Shown: one piece after another, positions 8,943-25,182 of the stretch
Numbering within the stretch: the stretch's first letter is position 1
How the letters are laid out: each line of letters begins with the position of its first letter
Origin: a virus
Length of the DNA stretch: 64,000 bases
IMG/VR virus record: IMGVR_UViG_3300033149_001159
Location: 4,739-68,738 of that record
Direction: 5' to 3' (one strand)
The notes under the pieces: model-generated
Databases searched by the model: none
The model's input: only the letters and a program-made list of their open reading frames with translations
Told to the model about the DNA's origin: nothing
Position numbers and translations under genes: made by a program

Positions 8943-11900
8943 TTACACCACGAAATACGTATTCCGAATAGAGGTTGAGGGCGCGCAAGCGGTACAAGAA
9001 GCGCAGCGAGTTCGCGCCCAACTTAATAGTATCATGGCTGGCGGGGGCGCGGGGGGCGCTACAGGCGGGGCTCCGTTAACCGGCACCGCACAAGAATTGT
9101 TTGAGTATGCTCGTCGGACCACGCCCCTCTATGCCGAACTGGCTCGTGGCGGTAGCAACCTAACAAGGGTGTTACAAGAAGCCGAAATACAGATGTTCGG
9201 TGTGCGTCGCCTTGCTTATGGGCTGGGGACCACGGGCAGGCAGTTTACCCAATTTGGGCAGACTGTTATCAACGTCGCTAAGGAGGCCAGCGAGGCCTAC
9301 CTGGACTTTGCTGAAGGCATGACCCGTGCAAGCATGGCGATGGAGCTGCCAGTAGAGATGCAGGATCAGTTTGCCGAGTCCGTCAGAGAGACTTCCAATG
9401 TTATGGGCGCTTTTGACGCCCAGCAGTTGATGGAAACCATGCGTGAGTGGGTGGCTGGCACTGGACAGACAGTAACAAGCCAGCAAGAGCTAAATGATGT
9501 AATGGGCGTCACCACTCAGATCATGCGGCTGGCCGCTATAAACAACGTAGATGTTAACAAGACAGTCGAGAATGTCGGTGCAGCCATGAGCCAGTTCGGG
9601 CTCAGCCAGCAAGATGTGAATGCAATTATAGAGGACTTCAACTTCGTCTCCGCAAAGACGTTTGCTAACGTCACCGACCTCGGAACGGCGCTGACCTTCG
9701 TGGGGCCTGGCGCGGCGCAGGTGGGAGATACATTCCAAGAAGTGACCACTGTTTTGGGTGCCTTGGCCGACGCCGGTATCAAGGGCAGCAAATCCGGGCG
9801 TGCCCTGCGCCAAGTCTACAGGGGACTTATCAAGCCGACAGATGATGCTACCGAAGCGCTGAACAAATTATTCAAGGAACAGCTAAAGGTAGGCGAAACC
9901 TGGGAGGACATAGTCAAGCCAGGTGGCGAGTTCGTTGGCATCATTGAGTACGTCAGTTTGCTGGCCGACGCTACCGAGGACTTGACGCAATCTGAACGTG
10001 CTAACGCAATGGCTAAGATTACAGTTGCTAATGCCAGCACTTCTCTCATTCAGCTCACCCAAGACGAGATTGCCTTCCGGAAAACAGCCGCAGAGATGGG
10101 TTATGAGAATGTCAGTAAGCTCCGTGCCCAATACAAAGAGAAGATGGGCATATGGGACGAAGAAGTCTTGGCTTACAAGGCCATTACAGAAGCACTAACT
10201 GGGATGAACTACAAGCTGCAAGAGGCTGGCAACCTATTGGTCGAGGCGGTTACAAAGTGGCTTAACTCAGACCCCGCAAAAGCTGCTAATCTAGTAAACC
10301 GCTGGAAGAACGCTGTTTCTGCACTAGGCAAGATCTTCTTTGAAGAAGGCATTCCCGCCGTCGAACAACTTGTTGAAGTGCTAGAAAAGCTGACTGACTA
10401 CGCCGAGGAACATCCAGAAACCATTGCCACACTACTAGATTTTGGCATAACAGCAGCAAAGATTGGTCTTGTGCTAGGCTTTGCCAAGGCAGTTATGATA
10501 CTTTCGGCCAACGTGTACTCGTTTGTGAAGGCTCTTCAACGACTAGCGCCTTATATCCCCGAACTAGCGGTGTTGGCGGGAATCTTTGGCGAAGCAGCAT
10601 ACCTAAGTGGGCGCGGGCGGGCTGCTACCGAGGCCATGCTGCCAGAATTAACTGACCAAGAGCTTCGGGATTTATTGGCCCTACAGGCCGAGTTGCCGCC
10701 AGAGGTTGCTGGGGCAGGGGGGTGGTCTTCGGCGCAAATTGCCGCAGAGCTAGAGCGCCGTGCTGCCGGCTACGGTGTTGCTGGAGGCCTTATCGGGCCT
10801 GCCGCAGCACCACCTGGCTATTGGGCCAGGCAAGAACAAGAATGGGATATAGGAACACGGGCAGAGCTACGCACCCCCGCGGTTGCTGGAGAAACACCTA
10901 CAACAAAGGAACCTGTCAAGCTTGACATCGCAGGCTGGATGGATACCTACGGTGCCTGGGTTGACGCTGCGGAGCGATTCGAGCAGCAGATCCTTGACAA
11001 GCAGAAAGACTTTGACGCCGAGACGATAGTGCTTGAAAAGGCCCACACGCAAGACCTAATAGACCTTGACAAAGACCGCGCTGATGGGCGTATTGATATA
11101 AACGAGCAATACTACAAAGCTGTAGAAGACACCCAACGAAGTTACAACCGGTCTCTAGAACTAGCAGAGAAGGATCACAACCAAAGGCTCATAGATATTG
11201 CCGAAGATGGTGCGGAGCGGCGAGCTGAACTCATCGCGCGCCAAGCAAAGGCGATTGCTGATACTGAGGCTGCTTACCAGCTTAGCCTGGCAGACGCACA
11301 AGAAGCCTTTGAGTACAGTGAGCTGCTTGCCAATGAAAGCTACCTTGAACGTCGCCAGGCACTGATAGATGACTACAATGAGTGGGAAGCTGAACAGGCT
11401 GATGAACAAACTGACGAAGCCCTTGCACAAGAAGAAGAGCGCAACAAGCGGCTACAGGACCTAAAAGAAGCCTACCTAAAGGACATGGCACGCGCCCAAG
11501 AGGACCACATTGACAACATGTGGGACCATGTTCGGGCGATGGACGCCAGGGGTGCGCTGGACCAGATTCGGGATTACCAGAAATGGAAACGCCGCAGAAC
11601 CGAAGACTATGAAGAAGACCGCAAGAAAGCATCAGAGGTTGACAAAGATGCGCTTGCGAAGGAAAAGGAAGAGCGTAAGCGCAACCTGGCGGAAGAACTT
11701 GCTGAACTAGACGCGGCAGAAGCAAAGCGCAAAGAGAAAGCTAAGAAGGCCTACGAACGCCGACTGTACCTGATGAAGCGGGCACATGAGCGTCGGATGG
11801 TTGCACTAAGAGAGCAGAACAAAGAAGCGTTGCTTGAGTTCGACGAGGCACAGCGAGACCGCGAAGCTGCTGAAAACGAATCGTACCAGCGCAGCCTTGA

Positions 11901-13536
11901 CCGGATGAAAGAAGCACACGAATACCGCTTGTCAGAAATGCAACGGGAGCACGAAGAAACGCTCAAGCGGTACGACTATGAAACACATCAGCTAAAACTT
12001 GCTCTGAACATCCAGCACGAAGCAATGATGGAAACCCGCAAGAGCAACCATGAGAAAGAAATGGCACTTCTCAAAGCTCAGGCAAAGGAAGAACTACAGG
12101 CTCAGTATGATGCACTCGGCCTAAGCGACGAAGAGCTACAGAAGATCTTTATGGAGCGGTGGGCGAGGCTGTCCAAGTTCTTTGGCATAGAGATTGACCA
12201 GATTCGACAGTACCTGGGCCAGCAGATGGCTGCAGTCAACGCAGAAGTGTGGTCGGATGTTGGTATTGCAAACGCAATGGCGGACCTTACTAGGCTCGAA
12301 CATGAGTGGGATGTTAGCGTGCAAACCCCAGGCTACGGGGGTACAGGAACAACAGCGGGGTCGGGGTTAGGGATCGCGGGTGCGCCTTATGCTGGCACGG
12401 TTCCTTACGAAGCAACATTCAAGAAGGCCGCTGCCAAATATGGGGTTGACTGGCGGCTCCTGGCCGCACAAGCTGCATGGGAAACTGATTACACCTGGGA
12501 CCCAGCGATGAAGGAATACGGAGGTGCGCCTGGGCTAGGTTTGGGTCAGTTCATGCCTGGAACATGGGAAAGCTACAAGAACGAACTTTACCCTAACGCT
12601 CCGCGCACAGATCCAGAAGCGACGATTTATGGCATGGCAGCATACATGGCGAATGCGCAGAGAGCCCTTGGCACTTCCGACCCGCAGTGGTTAAGCCTTG
12701 CCTATAACATGGGCGTGGGGGGGGCACAACGCCTTAGTTCAAAGGCTGCCGCACCCGCAGCGCAACAACGGATGATTAAGGCCGTCGGCGCGTTCCGTAT
12801 GACCAGGGGCGGGGGCAGCGCACCAACCGCAGGCACGCCCGTAACAAGCCCAGCCGCCCCACAGACGACTACGCTTACGAGCGGACAGATATACTTTGTC
12901 AAGTCTGGCGACACACTAGGCGAAATAGCCAAGCGCTTCGGGACAACTGTGAGTGCCTTAGCCGCCTACAACGACATAACGAATCCCAACCTGATACATG
13001 TAGGACAACAAATACTCATTCCAGGACCAAGTCGAACGGTGCAGGTTGGCGCACCGACGGTATCTGGACCGCCAACAAGCGTATCAGGTATCAGCGCCTA
13101 TACCAGCCCAAGCAGGACGGAATACGAAGAAGACTTTGAGATTGGCGAGCAAACCTACATAGTGAAGTCTGGCGATACGCTAGGTGGAATTGCTAAGCGT
13201 TACGGGATTCCGTGGCGAGACCTTGCAATGTTCAACGACCTAGCTAATCCCGACGTGATTTTCCCAGGGCAGACCATTAGGATTCCGGCGGGCTATGCTG
13301 GCGGGGGGCTAGTCACTAGTCCTGGGTTATACGCACTCGCGGAAAAGGGGCCAGAATTGGTCCTAAGTCCTAGACTCACGAAGCAGATACTGGGGGGGGG
13401 CAGGTCTATGGTCTTACAACAGAACTTTACCTTCCATGGCAAGTTCACGGAAGGGGAAAGGCAATGGTTCAGAAGAACTGCACGAGACCAGGCTTATGGA
13501 GCGTTCGCGCAAGCGGCAGAAGAGGCGGGGCTATAA
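8935..13536 (+). CDS. tape measure protein (TP901-type core) with lytic transglycosylase and two LysM domains
   Basis: [17 protein letters not shown] core; long coiled coil; [35 protein letters not shown] (SLT); two YxVKSGDTLxxIAKR LysM repeats. Confidence 0.92.
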   Translation: MSDYTTKYVFRIEVEGAQAVQEAQRVRAQLNSIMAGGGAGGATGGAPLTGTAQELFEYARRTTPLYAELARGGSNLTRVLQEAEIQMFGVRRLAYGLGTTGRQFTQFGQTVINVAKEASEAYLDFAEGMTRASMAMELPVEMQDQFAESVRETSNVMGAFDAQQLMETMREWVAGTGQTVTSQQELNDVMGVTTQIMRLAAINNVDVNKTVENVGAAMSQFGLSQQDVNAIIEDFNFVSAKTFANVTDLGTALTFVGPGAAQVGDTFQEVTTVLGALADAGIKGSKSGRALRQVYRGLIKPTDDATEALNKLFKEQLKVGETWEDIVKPGGEFVGIIEYVSLLADATEDLTQSERANAMAKITVANASTSLIQLTQDEIAFRKTAAEMGYENVSKLRAQYKEKMGIWDEEVLAYKAITEALTGMNYKLQEAGNLLVEAVTKWLNSDPAKAANLVNRWKNAVSALGKIFFEEGIPAVEQLVEVLEKLTDYAEEHPETIATLLDFGITAAKIGLVLGFAKAVMILSANVYSFVKALQRLAPYIPELAVLAGIFGEAAYLSGRGRAATEAMLPELTDQELRDLLALQAELPPEVAGAGGWSSAQIAAELERRAAGYGVAGGLIGPAAAPPGYWARQEQEWDIGTRAELRTPAVAGETPTTKEPVKLDIAGWMDTYGAWVDAAERFEQQILDKQKDFDAETIVLEKAHTQDLIDLDKDRADGRIDINEQYYKAVEDTQRSYNRSLELAEKDHNQRLIDIAEDGAERRAELIARQAKAIADTEAAYQLSLADAQEAFEYSELLANESYLERRQALIDDYNEWEAEQADEQTDEALAQEEERNKRLQDLKEAYLKDMARAQEDHIDNMWDHVRAMDARGALDQIRDYQKWKRRRTEDYEEDRKKASEVDKDALAKEKEERKRNLAEELAELDAAEAKRKEKAKKAYERRLYLMKRAHERRMVALREQNKEALLEFDEAQRDREAAENESYQRSLDRMKEAHEYRLSEMQREHEETLKRYDYETHQLKLALNIQHEAMMETRKSNHEKEMALLKAQAKEELQAQYDALGLSDEELQKIFMERWARLSKFFGIEIDQIRQYLGQQMAAVNAEVWSDVGIANAMADLTRLEHEWDVSVQTPGYGGTGTTAGSGLGIAGAPYAGTVPYEATFKKAAAKYGVDWRLLAAQAAWETDYTWDPAMKEYGGAPGLGLGQFMPGTWESYKNELYPNAPRTDPEATIYGMAAYMANAQRALGTSDPQWLSLAYNMGVGGAQRLSSKAAAPAAQQRMIKAVGAFRMTRGGGSAPTAGTPVTSPAAPQTTTLTSGQIYFVKSGDTLGEIAKRFGTTVSALAAYNDITNPNLIHVGQQILIPGPSRTVQVGAPTVSGPPTSVSGISAYTSPSRTEYEEDFEIGEQTYIVKSGDTLGGIAKRYGIPWRDLAMFNDLANPDVIFPGQTIRIPAGYAGGGLVTSPGLYALAEKGPELVLSPRLTKQILGGGRSMVLQQNFTFHGKFTEGERQWFRRTARDQAYGAFAQAAEEAGL

Positions 13537-13917
13537 ATGGCTGACTATAGTTTCGAGATAGGCGCTAACATTGGGGCAATGACGAACGTCGAAGACTTAA
13601 TCGGCGCGCCACCCCATCCCTGGACATACCAAGACGGTGCAACCGAACAATACATTGCCGGAACCGGACACTCTTACGTAGATGGCTACCCACAAGCAAC
13701 TTGGTTCTTTAAGTATCTTCCCGTTGCCGACTATCAAGTGTTAGAAGCATGGTTTGGCACAGCCCAAAGTGTCGCCAGGGGTATCAAGACAAAAGACACT
13801 GGGGAGACTTACGTTACGAAGACCTGCATCATGCACAAGCCCGTTCTGGGAGACACGGTTACTAGGGGACATTATGGGTTCTATGACATTACATTGAGGT
13901 TCACGCAGTTGACATGA
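13537..13917 (+). CDS. probable distal tail protein
   Basis: Position directly after tape measure gene. Confidence 0.5.
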   Translation: MADYSFEIGANIGAMTNVEDLIGAPPHPWTYQDGATEQYIAGTGHSYVDGYPQATWFFKYLPVADYQVLEAWFGTAQSVARGIKTKDTGETYVTKTCIMHKPVLGDTVTRGHYGFYDITLRFTQLT

Positions 13918-16900
13918 CGGTACTTACCGCTGGACAACTAACACAACTCAGAAGCCACCCACACGCATCAAAGTTCTACCTTGCGTGCCATGTGCCTAGA
14001 ATCATGTGCTATTGCAGGGTCAACGATGCGGGCGCTGCGCGTGGGGACAGGGTTATCACCTATGATAATGCAAGCTGGCAAGCAAACCCCGATGGCGGGA
14101 ATTACGTGCCGCTCGATGTACCCACGGGGTCTACGCTTTACGTAGGCTCCGCCCAGGGGTTAGGAGACTATGGACGAGTTCGCATCAAAACGATGGGGGC
14201 CACCACTATTACGGTGGCGAGGAACGAACACATTGACTGGGCAGATGATCTATACCTAACAGTCGCTAACGTTGTCGAGCCGTGGGCGATTTACCCAAGG
14301 ATGGAGCTTGCAGCAGACGGAGAAAGTATTGACTTCTGGGAAGACTACACCTATGCCTACACGAGTGAGCAGCAATACTACAACCCCATTCCCATCATGG
14401 GGCCGCCTGCGGTTGGCTTCCTGAGCGGGGGTGCTTGCACGATCTACTTCGACGGGTCTGCTTCTTATGGGTTGAACGGGGCAAGTGTTCTGTTCTATTC
14501 ATGGGAGTTCCCAGGGGCCGCGCCCAACACGAGCCTGGTTGCTACGCCTGGGAATGTAACGTGGAACACGGCGGGGGCGTACATGGTGCGGCTCATGATC
14601 ACGGACGACAATGCCCGTTCAGCGGTAGCTTATAGGTGGGTACAGATTTACGATAGCCCGACAACAGGAGTGCATCCCTACACCGAGTTCGATGTAGATG
14701 GGTTGCAGGGCGACATAGAAAGTGGTAGTTGGAGAGCAACTTTCACAGTCAGGGGAACAAACCTTGGACCCACTTACTTCAGAGATAACGCGCAAGTGGC
14801 TCTGTTCGCAGACGGTACCGCGGGCGGTAGTTCTATGCCCATTCCGGGGAACCACCCCAATAGAAGCAACCTTCTTTTCGTGGGGTGGATTGTTGGGGAA
14901 ACAATTGTCAAGAACCCATTGACCAATGAAGTAAGCTTTGAAGCCGCTGGAATCTGTGAGCGCATGAAAGCGCTTGATAGTTTCCCCAGAACACTGACAG
15001 CAGCGGCGGTTCCTACTAGTTGGTTTGAAGCTCAGAACTTATCACTGGATTTATCCTTGGCTACGTTACTGCGGTGGCGTTCAACCATACTAGAAATTAC
15101 GGACGTTCACCTGTTACTGGATTCGGCGAAGGCTATTCTCACGGCGGACTTTGCACACGGTAGCTTGTATGACCAATGCCAGCTTATGATGGACCGCGTA
15201 AAAGGAAAGATAGCAAGTGACAAGCAGTCTTGTATCTACTGTAGGGTAGACCCTAATGTTTTACCGACTGGGGCGGAAAGGAATGCACTAGACACCATCT
15301 TCAGCCTGGCAGACACCGACTGGCACGGCGAGATTGAGTGGGATAAACGCGTCCTGGACGAAGTGTCCAGAATAGACCTTGCGGGCTTCTATTATGATGA
15401 ACTGGGTTACGACCCTGATGTAAACGACCATCCCTTGCTGAGTCTTGCGCCAGGCGAGACTCCGTTATACGAAGGCACAATGGAAAGAGTAGATGGATTG
15501 ATTCTAGAAGGCCAAGCCCAGGCGAATCAATTATCGGGCGACATACTCGCCTGGGTCAACAACGAATACCCCAGAATCGGCTTGCACATGGCGGGGATGT
15601 GGACGCCCATCGATATTATTCCGTTCGAGTGGGTTGACTGGACCTTTGCTGCTAGTTACACCAAGCGAGAGATAGCCTGGACTAACGCTAGACTGATTCC
15701 GAGATCCGTGACCATCAACGTAGACATGGAAAAGGGCACAGCTTTTGTAGACGTGGACCTGGAAAAGGAAACAGACGGGGATGATGGCATTACACCAGAC
15801 TACCCGCCAACGGAGCCGCCTGATGACGTACCTGACCCACCCGAACCCCCGCCCGTTCCCCCAGGCCCAGGCGGCCCTATCGGTGGGTGGCGAAAGCACG
15901 CCTACGTTTCTACCGACGGGGGAATCTGGTACACGTCTAGCCTGGTCGTAAGTGCCACAGATCCGACGGGGGACCCTAGTTGGGTACAGAAGAATGGCGG
16001 GCTAGGGGCAGACACAAACATTCGCCAGATGGCGTTCGATGTGGTAGAGCCCGAAAGGGTACAGTACTGTTTGAGCGCCGAGACTGGCAACAACACTATC
16101 TACAAGCGGGACACGGGAGTAAGTGATAACTGGAGTGCAATTCTCACACCCGCACAAGCGTTAGCTTATGCACAGGGCGCGGGATACAGCGGTACGGGGG
16201 CAACGCCAGTCATATACTCAATCAACTCGAACCCTGCACAGGCTGGCTATTTGTACTGTACATTCGCAGCGGGGTGGATAGGTTATTCAAGCCCGCCAGA
16301 TCGCCCCTACTGGTTTGGGATAAGTATGGACTACGGCAGCACATGGTCGTTCTACGGGGTGTGCTCGAACAATCAATCCAATGCAATGGGGGCGGGCCTG
16401 ATTGAGTCTCACTTTGATGGAACGGTAATATGGATTACTTGCGCCTGTAGTACTACTGGGCGCAGAACTTACCGTTCTGCCGATACTGGTCATACGTGGG
16501 TGCAAGTTAAGGGCTCCGACGCAGCGACGGGTACGGACGTATATGCATGTCCAGTTTCAAACCTACGTGCGTATACGAACCAAACTAGCGGGGGCGTACA
16601 TTACATTTACCGTACCGTAGACGCATCGGCCTGGGCCAAACTCACAGGTGTTGGTTGGGACCCTAAGACCTATTCGAATACCGCGCTAGGTAGGCACTGG
16701 TTCAACGCTCAGCTTCTACAGGCTGGGCTGATACGTTGCTGTGACGGCGCTTATATTTACAAATCGCTGGACTATGGCGACACTTGGACCAGGGCTACAT
16801 GTGACGGTGCGCATCCCGCAACACTAGTTGAGCTCATCCCTGACGCGGTTGACTACCTTTACCTAGCTAGGCGCGATGGCGCGCCAGTGGGCGGGCACTT

Positions 16901-17029
16901 CATTTGGCTCTCAGCGGACGAGGGTGTTACTTGTTACGATAAGAATGGCGCTGATCCTGACACGCCAGGGGCTGATTCGATTCCCAGAACACAACATTTG
17001 ACCGACTTTCAGCCAGTGTGGACTTTAGA

Positions 17030-17033
<4 letters not shown>
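13914..17033 (+). CDS. tail tip / central spike protein with PKD-like domain and Asp-box propeller
   Basis: FDGSASY..YSWEF..YMVRLMITDD (PKD-like); Pro-rich linker; repeated SxDxGxTW boxes. Confidence 0.7.
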
Positions 17034-21142
<4,109 letters not shown>

Positions 21143-21175
21143 GGGTAGACAAAACACGAAAATGATAGGGGAAAT

Positions 21176-21565
21176 ATGGCAGCACTGAATGAGAACGCAA
21201 TAACGAAACTAGCAACCGTCACAGGGATTGACGCGACGGCGGTAGCTATCACTACGCTCTACACAGTCCCCACAGGCAACACGTTCATACCAGACCATAT
21301 AGTTATCAGGGTCACGGCTTTCACTGCTGGCGCGAAGGACACGCAGGCTGTAGCCAGCTTCGGTGGAAATGGCGCGACCTATGATGACTACCTGAATTCC
21401 GTTACCTACACAGTAGCAGCTGCGGATGTCTTCATTCGGGACAGCGTGGAGGATACTGCTGTGGTAACTCAGGCTGCGGCAGACGTGTTCTCGATTGCAA
21501 TTGAAGTAGCGAGCAACGCTGACGTGGAAACTTGGGCTGTTGACGTGTTTGGACACCTAGCGTGA
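21176..21565 (+). CDS. hypothetical virion-associated protein
   Basis: Ala/Thr/Val-rich ORF in fibre cluster with RBS. Confidence 0.6.
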   Translation: MAALNENAITKLATVTGIDATAVAITTLYTVPTGNTFIPDHIVIRVTAFTAGAKDTQAVASFGGNGATYDDYLNSVTYTVAAADVFIRDSVEDTAVVTQAAADVFSIAIEVASNADVETWAVDVFGHLA

Positions 21566-22086
21566 GCCGGAAGCTACTTCCTGGATTTGCGAACCTATAT
21601 GTGGACGAGGCCGGAACGCTCTTTGTGCCTGGCAACCTGCGTCTCAAGGATAACAACGAGCTTCGCTTCTACGACAATGGTAACTACGTAGGCTTTGAGC
21701 CGCCTGCGTTGAGCGGAGACCAGATATGGGTACTACCTACAGCAGACGGTAGTGCGGGAAACCACCTACAGACAGACGGGGCGGGGAACCTGTCGTGGGC
21801 AGCAGGGCTAACTCTAGCCGTTACCGCGAAGGTCAACGACTACACGGCTACAGCTAGTGATGCGGTTATCATAGTAGATGCTTCAGCTAACACGGTGACG
21901 ATCACTTTACCTACGGCGGTGGGGATAACTGGAAAGCACTACACGATCAAGTGTATTGACGCTACGTTTGCAGTTGATGTTGACGGTGCCGGTGCGGAAA
22001 CCATCGACGGGGAGCTTACACAGACGCTAAGCCAATGGGACAGTATTACCGTGGTGTCTGATTCCGCAAACTGGATCATTGTCTAG
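21562..22086 (+). CDS. small tail-fibre-like protein
   Basis: TITLPTA..G..Y.IK..TIDG..W domain common at fibre ends; shares NELRFYDNGNYVGFE segment with 17030-18790. Confidence 0.65.
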   Translation: MSRKLLPGFANLYVDEAGTLFVPGNLRLKDNNELRFYDNGNYVGFEPPALSGDQIWVLPTADGSAGNHLQTDGAGNLSWAAGLTLAVTAKVNDYTATASDAVIIVDASANTVTITLPTAVGITGKHYTIKCIDATFAVDVDGAGAETIDGELTQTLSQWDSITVVSDSANWIIV

Positions 22087-22089
22087 GCA

Positions 22090-22117
22090 TTGACAAATCC
22101 GAAAAATCTGATATAAT
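22090..22117 (+). promoter_or_regulatory. consensus sigma70/sigmaA-type promoter
   Basis: TTGACA-N16-TATAAT with extended -10 TG. Confidence 0.7.
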
Positions 22118-22126
22118 AGGAGAAGT

Positions 22127-22861
22127 ATGAGCTACTTTGCGACGGTAAAACAAGAACGAGATGAAATCGCCAGGGGCAACATCACTGGAAAAACAGCCTT
22201 CAGACGGTTTGGGCACAACGATACGTGTGGTGTAACACTGGAGACGGTTTGGCACGATAGCTCCTTGTATATCTACTTGACCAACGCAGAGCAGTTGAAA
22301 GTTGTTTCAGACGATGCAGATGACGACGGCGACCCTGCAGGCAACGGGGCGCAGACTCTGTTCTTGAAAGGCCTGGATACCAACTACGCGCTCATCTCAG
22401 AAACCATCACCATGAACGGCGTAGGGGTAGTGACGACTTCAAAGTCCTACTTGCGTATCTTCATGGCACGTGTGACCGCCGCTGGCTCAACGGGCTACAA
22501 CGAAGGTACTATCACCATCAAGAACAACGCTCAAACGGTAACGCTACTTGTGGTTGAACCCCAAGAAGCTGAGAGCCACGCATGTATCTGGACCGTTCCC
22601 GCTGGTGCCACGGCCTACATCACGTCCTGGCGGGGTAGTGAAAGTTCTTCCAAGGGAACGGATATGGCGCTGTGGATTCGGCCTTATACTGAAGGGGTAT
22701 GGCAATACAAAAGGGGTGTCTACACGATAGACAATATATTCAACATCAAGTTCACCGTACCGATAAAGGTATCTGAGAAGTCCGATATAGAAGTTAGAGT
22801 CAGGGCGTTTCAGGCTGGCGCTAAAGTATCCAGCTTATTCCAAGGCTGGTACGAAACATAA
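22127..22861 (+). CDS. hypothetical beta-rich phage protein
   Basis: 244-aa ORF with AGGAG RBS. Confidence 0.65.
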   Translation: MSYFATVKQERDEIARGNITGKTAFRRFGHNDTCGVTLETVWHDSSLYIYLTNAEQLKVVSDDADDDGDPAGNGAQTLFLKGLDTNYALISETITMNGVGVVTTSKSYLRIFMARVTAAGSTGYNEGTITIKNNAQTVTLLVVEPQEAESHACIWTVPAGATAYITSWRGSESSSKGTDMALWIRPYTEGVWQYKRGVYTIDNIFNIKFTVPIKVSEKSDIEVRVRAFQAGAKVSSLFQGWYET

Positions 22862-22873
22862 GGGGGGGGCGGC

Positions 22874-23446
22874 GTGACTTGGCAACAGGCCCAGGAATGG
22901 GAAGGCGAGTGGTGGGGCTTCTGCACCAACACCTATGGCGAAGAAGAGAAGCAGCTAGTCTACGCCCGCAAGATGGGGCTAAGATTCTTTCATGACAGCA
23001 AGTCGCCATACAACATAGACATGAAAGGACTCTCTGTTCTGGACATCGGCGGGGGCCCGTGCTCGCTACTGCTCAAATGTCACAACGTTAAGGGCAAGGT
23101 GGTTGACCCGCTAGAGTTTCCGGCATGGGTCGCTGCTAGATATGCGGTGGCGGGAATTGAGTATGAACAGAGGCGAGGCGAGGATGTCCAGGAAGCGGGC
23201 TGGGACGAGTGCTGGCTCTACAATGTGCTCCAGCACACCGCGGACCCAGAGTTGATAGTCAAGAACGCGAAGAGAGCAGGGCAGATCGTAAGGGTCTTTG
23301 AATGGATAGACATACCGACCAACGTCGGCCATCCGCACAGTCTGTCCGAACAATTGCTCAACGAATGGTTGGGTGGGGAGGGTAGAGTGGAGCAGTTAAC
23401 GGGAGGAACTTGCAGGGGGTTAGCCTACTATGGGGTGTTCCTGTGA
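22874..23446 (+). CDS. class I SAM-dependent methyltransferase
   Basis: VLDIGGGP, NVLQH motifs. Confidence 0.8.
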   Translation: MTWQQAQEWEGEWWGFCTNTYGEEEKQLVYARKMGLRFFHDSKSPYNIDMKGLSVLDIGGGPCSLLLKCHNVKGKVVDPLEFPAWVAARYAVAGIEYEQRRGEDVQEAGWDECWLYNVLQHTADPELIVKNAKRAGQIVRVFEWIDIPTNVGHPHSLSEQLLNEWLGGEGRVEQLTGGTCRGLAYYGVFL

Positions 23447-24594
23447 GGTTCCACATGTTGGGGCTCGCTCACTTGCCTGTCTCGCGAACCTACATGGGCT
23501 GTGCTTTCACGATTAAGATACATCGCTTGTGTCAAATGCTACTCTCATTGGGGCACGAGGTGTTTCTCTATGGGGCGGAAGGCTCGGACGCTCCCTGTAC
23601 GGAATTCATCCAGACCCACACACTGAGAGACATCCGGCAGGAGTGGGGGAGTGGGGACAACAGGCCGCAATGCGACGGAATTGGCTACCAGTGGCGCAAG
23701 ACTGGGTTCCGTCACGACTTCAATTCTCCAAGGACGAAGACAACCCTGAAGTATTACGCGCGCTGCGTTGAGGAGATTAACAAGCGGAAGAGGCCGGATG
23801 ATTTCTTGCTAGTGATGCAGGGTGTATACCAGAAGCCGATTGCCAATGGCGTGCAGTTGTGGCTCACGTGCGAGCCAGGGATAGGTTACCGTGGTTCTTT
23901 TGCGAAGTATCGGGCCTTTGAGAGTTCGTACTTGCAGAACTTTACCTACGGGAGCGAACATCCAGGACAGTGTATCAATGGGAACTACTATGACAGAGTT
24001 ATCCCAAACTACTTTGATGCCAAGGACTTCCCGTTCTGCGAAGAGAAAGACGACTACTATTTATTCGTTGGGCGACTGATACCGCGCAAGGGGGTGTGGA
24101 CGGCGGTCAAAGCAACGGAAGCGATAGGGGCAAAGCTCGTGCTAGCGGGTCAGCAAAGTCCTGAGCTGAACATTGGGAAGCTGCCGCCACACTGCGAGTT
24201 CGTTGGCTATGTCGAGCCAGAGCAGAGGGCAAAACTGATGGGCCATGCCAAGGCAGTCTTTGTACCGACGCTGTACCTAGAGGCGTTTGGGGGCGTGGCG
24301 GTGGAGGCACAACTATGCGGGTCTCCCGCCATAACGACAAACTTTGGCGTCTTTCCAGGCACGGTCATTCATAAGAAGACTGGCTTCAGATGCGATACGT
24401 TACAGGATTTTGTGGATGCAGCGCGGGCAGTTGAAGGGCTGGACCCGCAGGTCATTCGCAAACACGCTGAACGCTATCTGATGGACAATGTAAAGTGGGA
24501 GTTTGACAAATGGTTCCGAGAGCTTTATCAACTATATCTATCAGCACACAATCCAGAAGTTAAGGCATGGCATTTCCTAAAGGGGGAAACATGA
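23443..24594 (+). CDS. GT4-like glycosyltransferase
   Basis: LFVGRLIPRKG, YLEAFGGVAVEAQLCGSPAI; GTG start overlaps upstream stop. Confidence 0.9.
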   Translation: MRFHMLGLAHLPVSRTYMGCAFTIKIHRLCQMLLSLGHEVFLYGAEGSDAPCTEFIQTHTLRDIRQEWGSGDNRPQCDGIGYQWRKTGFRHDFNSPRTKTTLKYYARCVEEINKRKRPDDFLLVMQGVYQKPIANGVQLWLTCEPGIGYRGSFAKYRAFESSYLQNFTYGSEHPGQCINGNYYDRVIPNYFDAKDFPFCEEKDDYYLFVGRLIPRKGVWTAVKATEAIGAKLVLAGQQSPELNIGKLPPHCEFVGYVEPEQRAKLMGHAKAVFVPTLYLEAFGGVAVEAQLCGSPAITTNFGVFPGTVIHKKTGFRCDTLQDFVDAARAVEGLDPQVIRKHAERYLMDNVKWEFDKWFRELYQLYLSAHNPEVKAWHFLKGET

Positions 24595-24782
24595 AGGGGT
24601 CCGAGAAGGAAGAACAGAAGCAAGACTTTGAGGCACTGGCGCAAGCAGCGCGGGTCGAAAGGGGCAGGCAGGCCAGCGCCAAGATTCAGGCCATTCTCAA
24701 AGAATACAAGTGTACAATCGTACCTACGCTGACCATTATAGGAACCAACATTCAAGCAGGAATCCAAATCGTGCCGCAGTAA
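24591..24782 (+). CDS. hypothetical protein
   Basis: ATGA overlap; GGGGGA RBS. Confidence 0.55.
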   Translation: MKGSEKEEQKQDFEALAQAARVERGRQASAKIQAILKEYKCTIVPTLTIIGTNIQAGIQIVPQ

Positions 24783-24933
24783 GGAGAAGGTATGGAAGAA
24801 GAATCGTTGAAGAAACTGCACCGGTTGACTGAGAAACTTGACCCAAAGGGGCCTGAGGGCAAGAAGCTCCCACCAGAGGTTAGGTTTTGGATGGCAGCAC
24901 GCAAGCAGACCGTCGCGATAAGGAGACCACTAG

Positions 24934-25173
24934 ATGAGCGAACCCCTGCCTAACGGCTGGAACGAATGGAGCCGCCATGTCCTGGCGGAACTTGTAAGAC
25001 TTGACCAGTGTTATAAAGAAATCCGCGAGGATTCGGAGAAACGCGACAAAGAACGGGTCAAAGAGGTGGTTTGCCTGAAAACTGAAATGGCGGCGCTTCA
25101 GGTGAAGGCTGGTTTATGGGGTGCGGTAGGGGCAGCTATTCCAATTATTGGTTATCTTTTGCTCAACAAATAG
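24934..25173 (+). CDS. coiled-coil protein with C-terminal membrane anchor (possible lysis role)
   Basis: NGWNEWSRHVLAELVRL N-terminus; hydrophobic C-terminal helix. Confidence 0.55.
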   Translation: MSEPLPNGWNEWSRHVLAELVRLDQCYKEIREDSEKRDKERVKEVVCLKTEMAALQVKAGLWGAVGAAIPIIGYLLLNK

Positions 25174-25182
25174 GGGGTCCAA

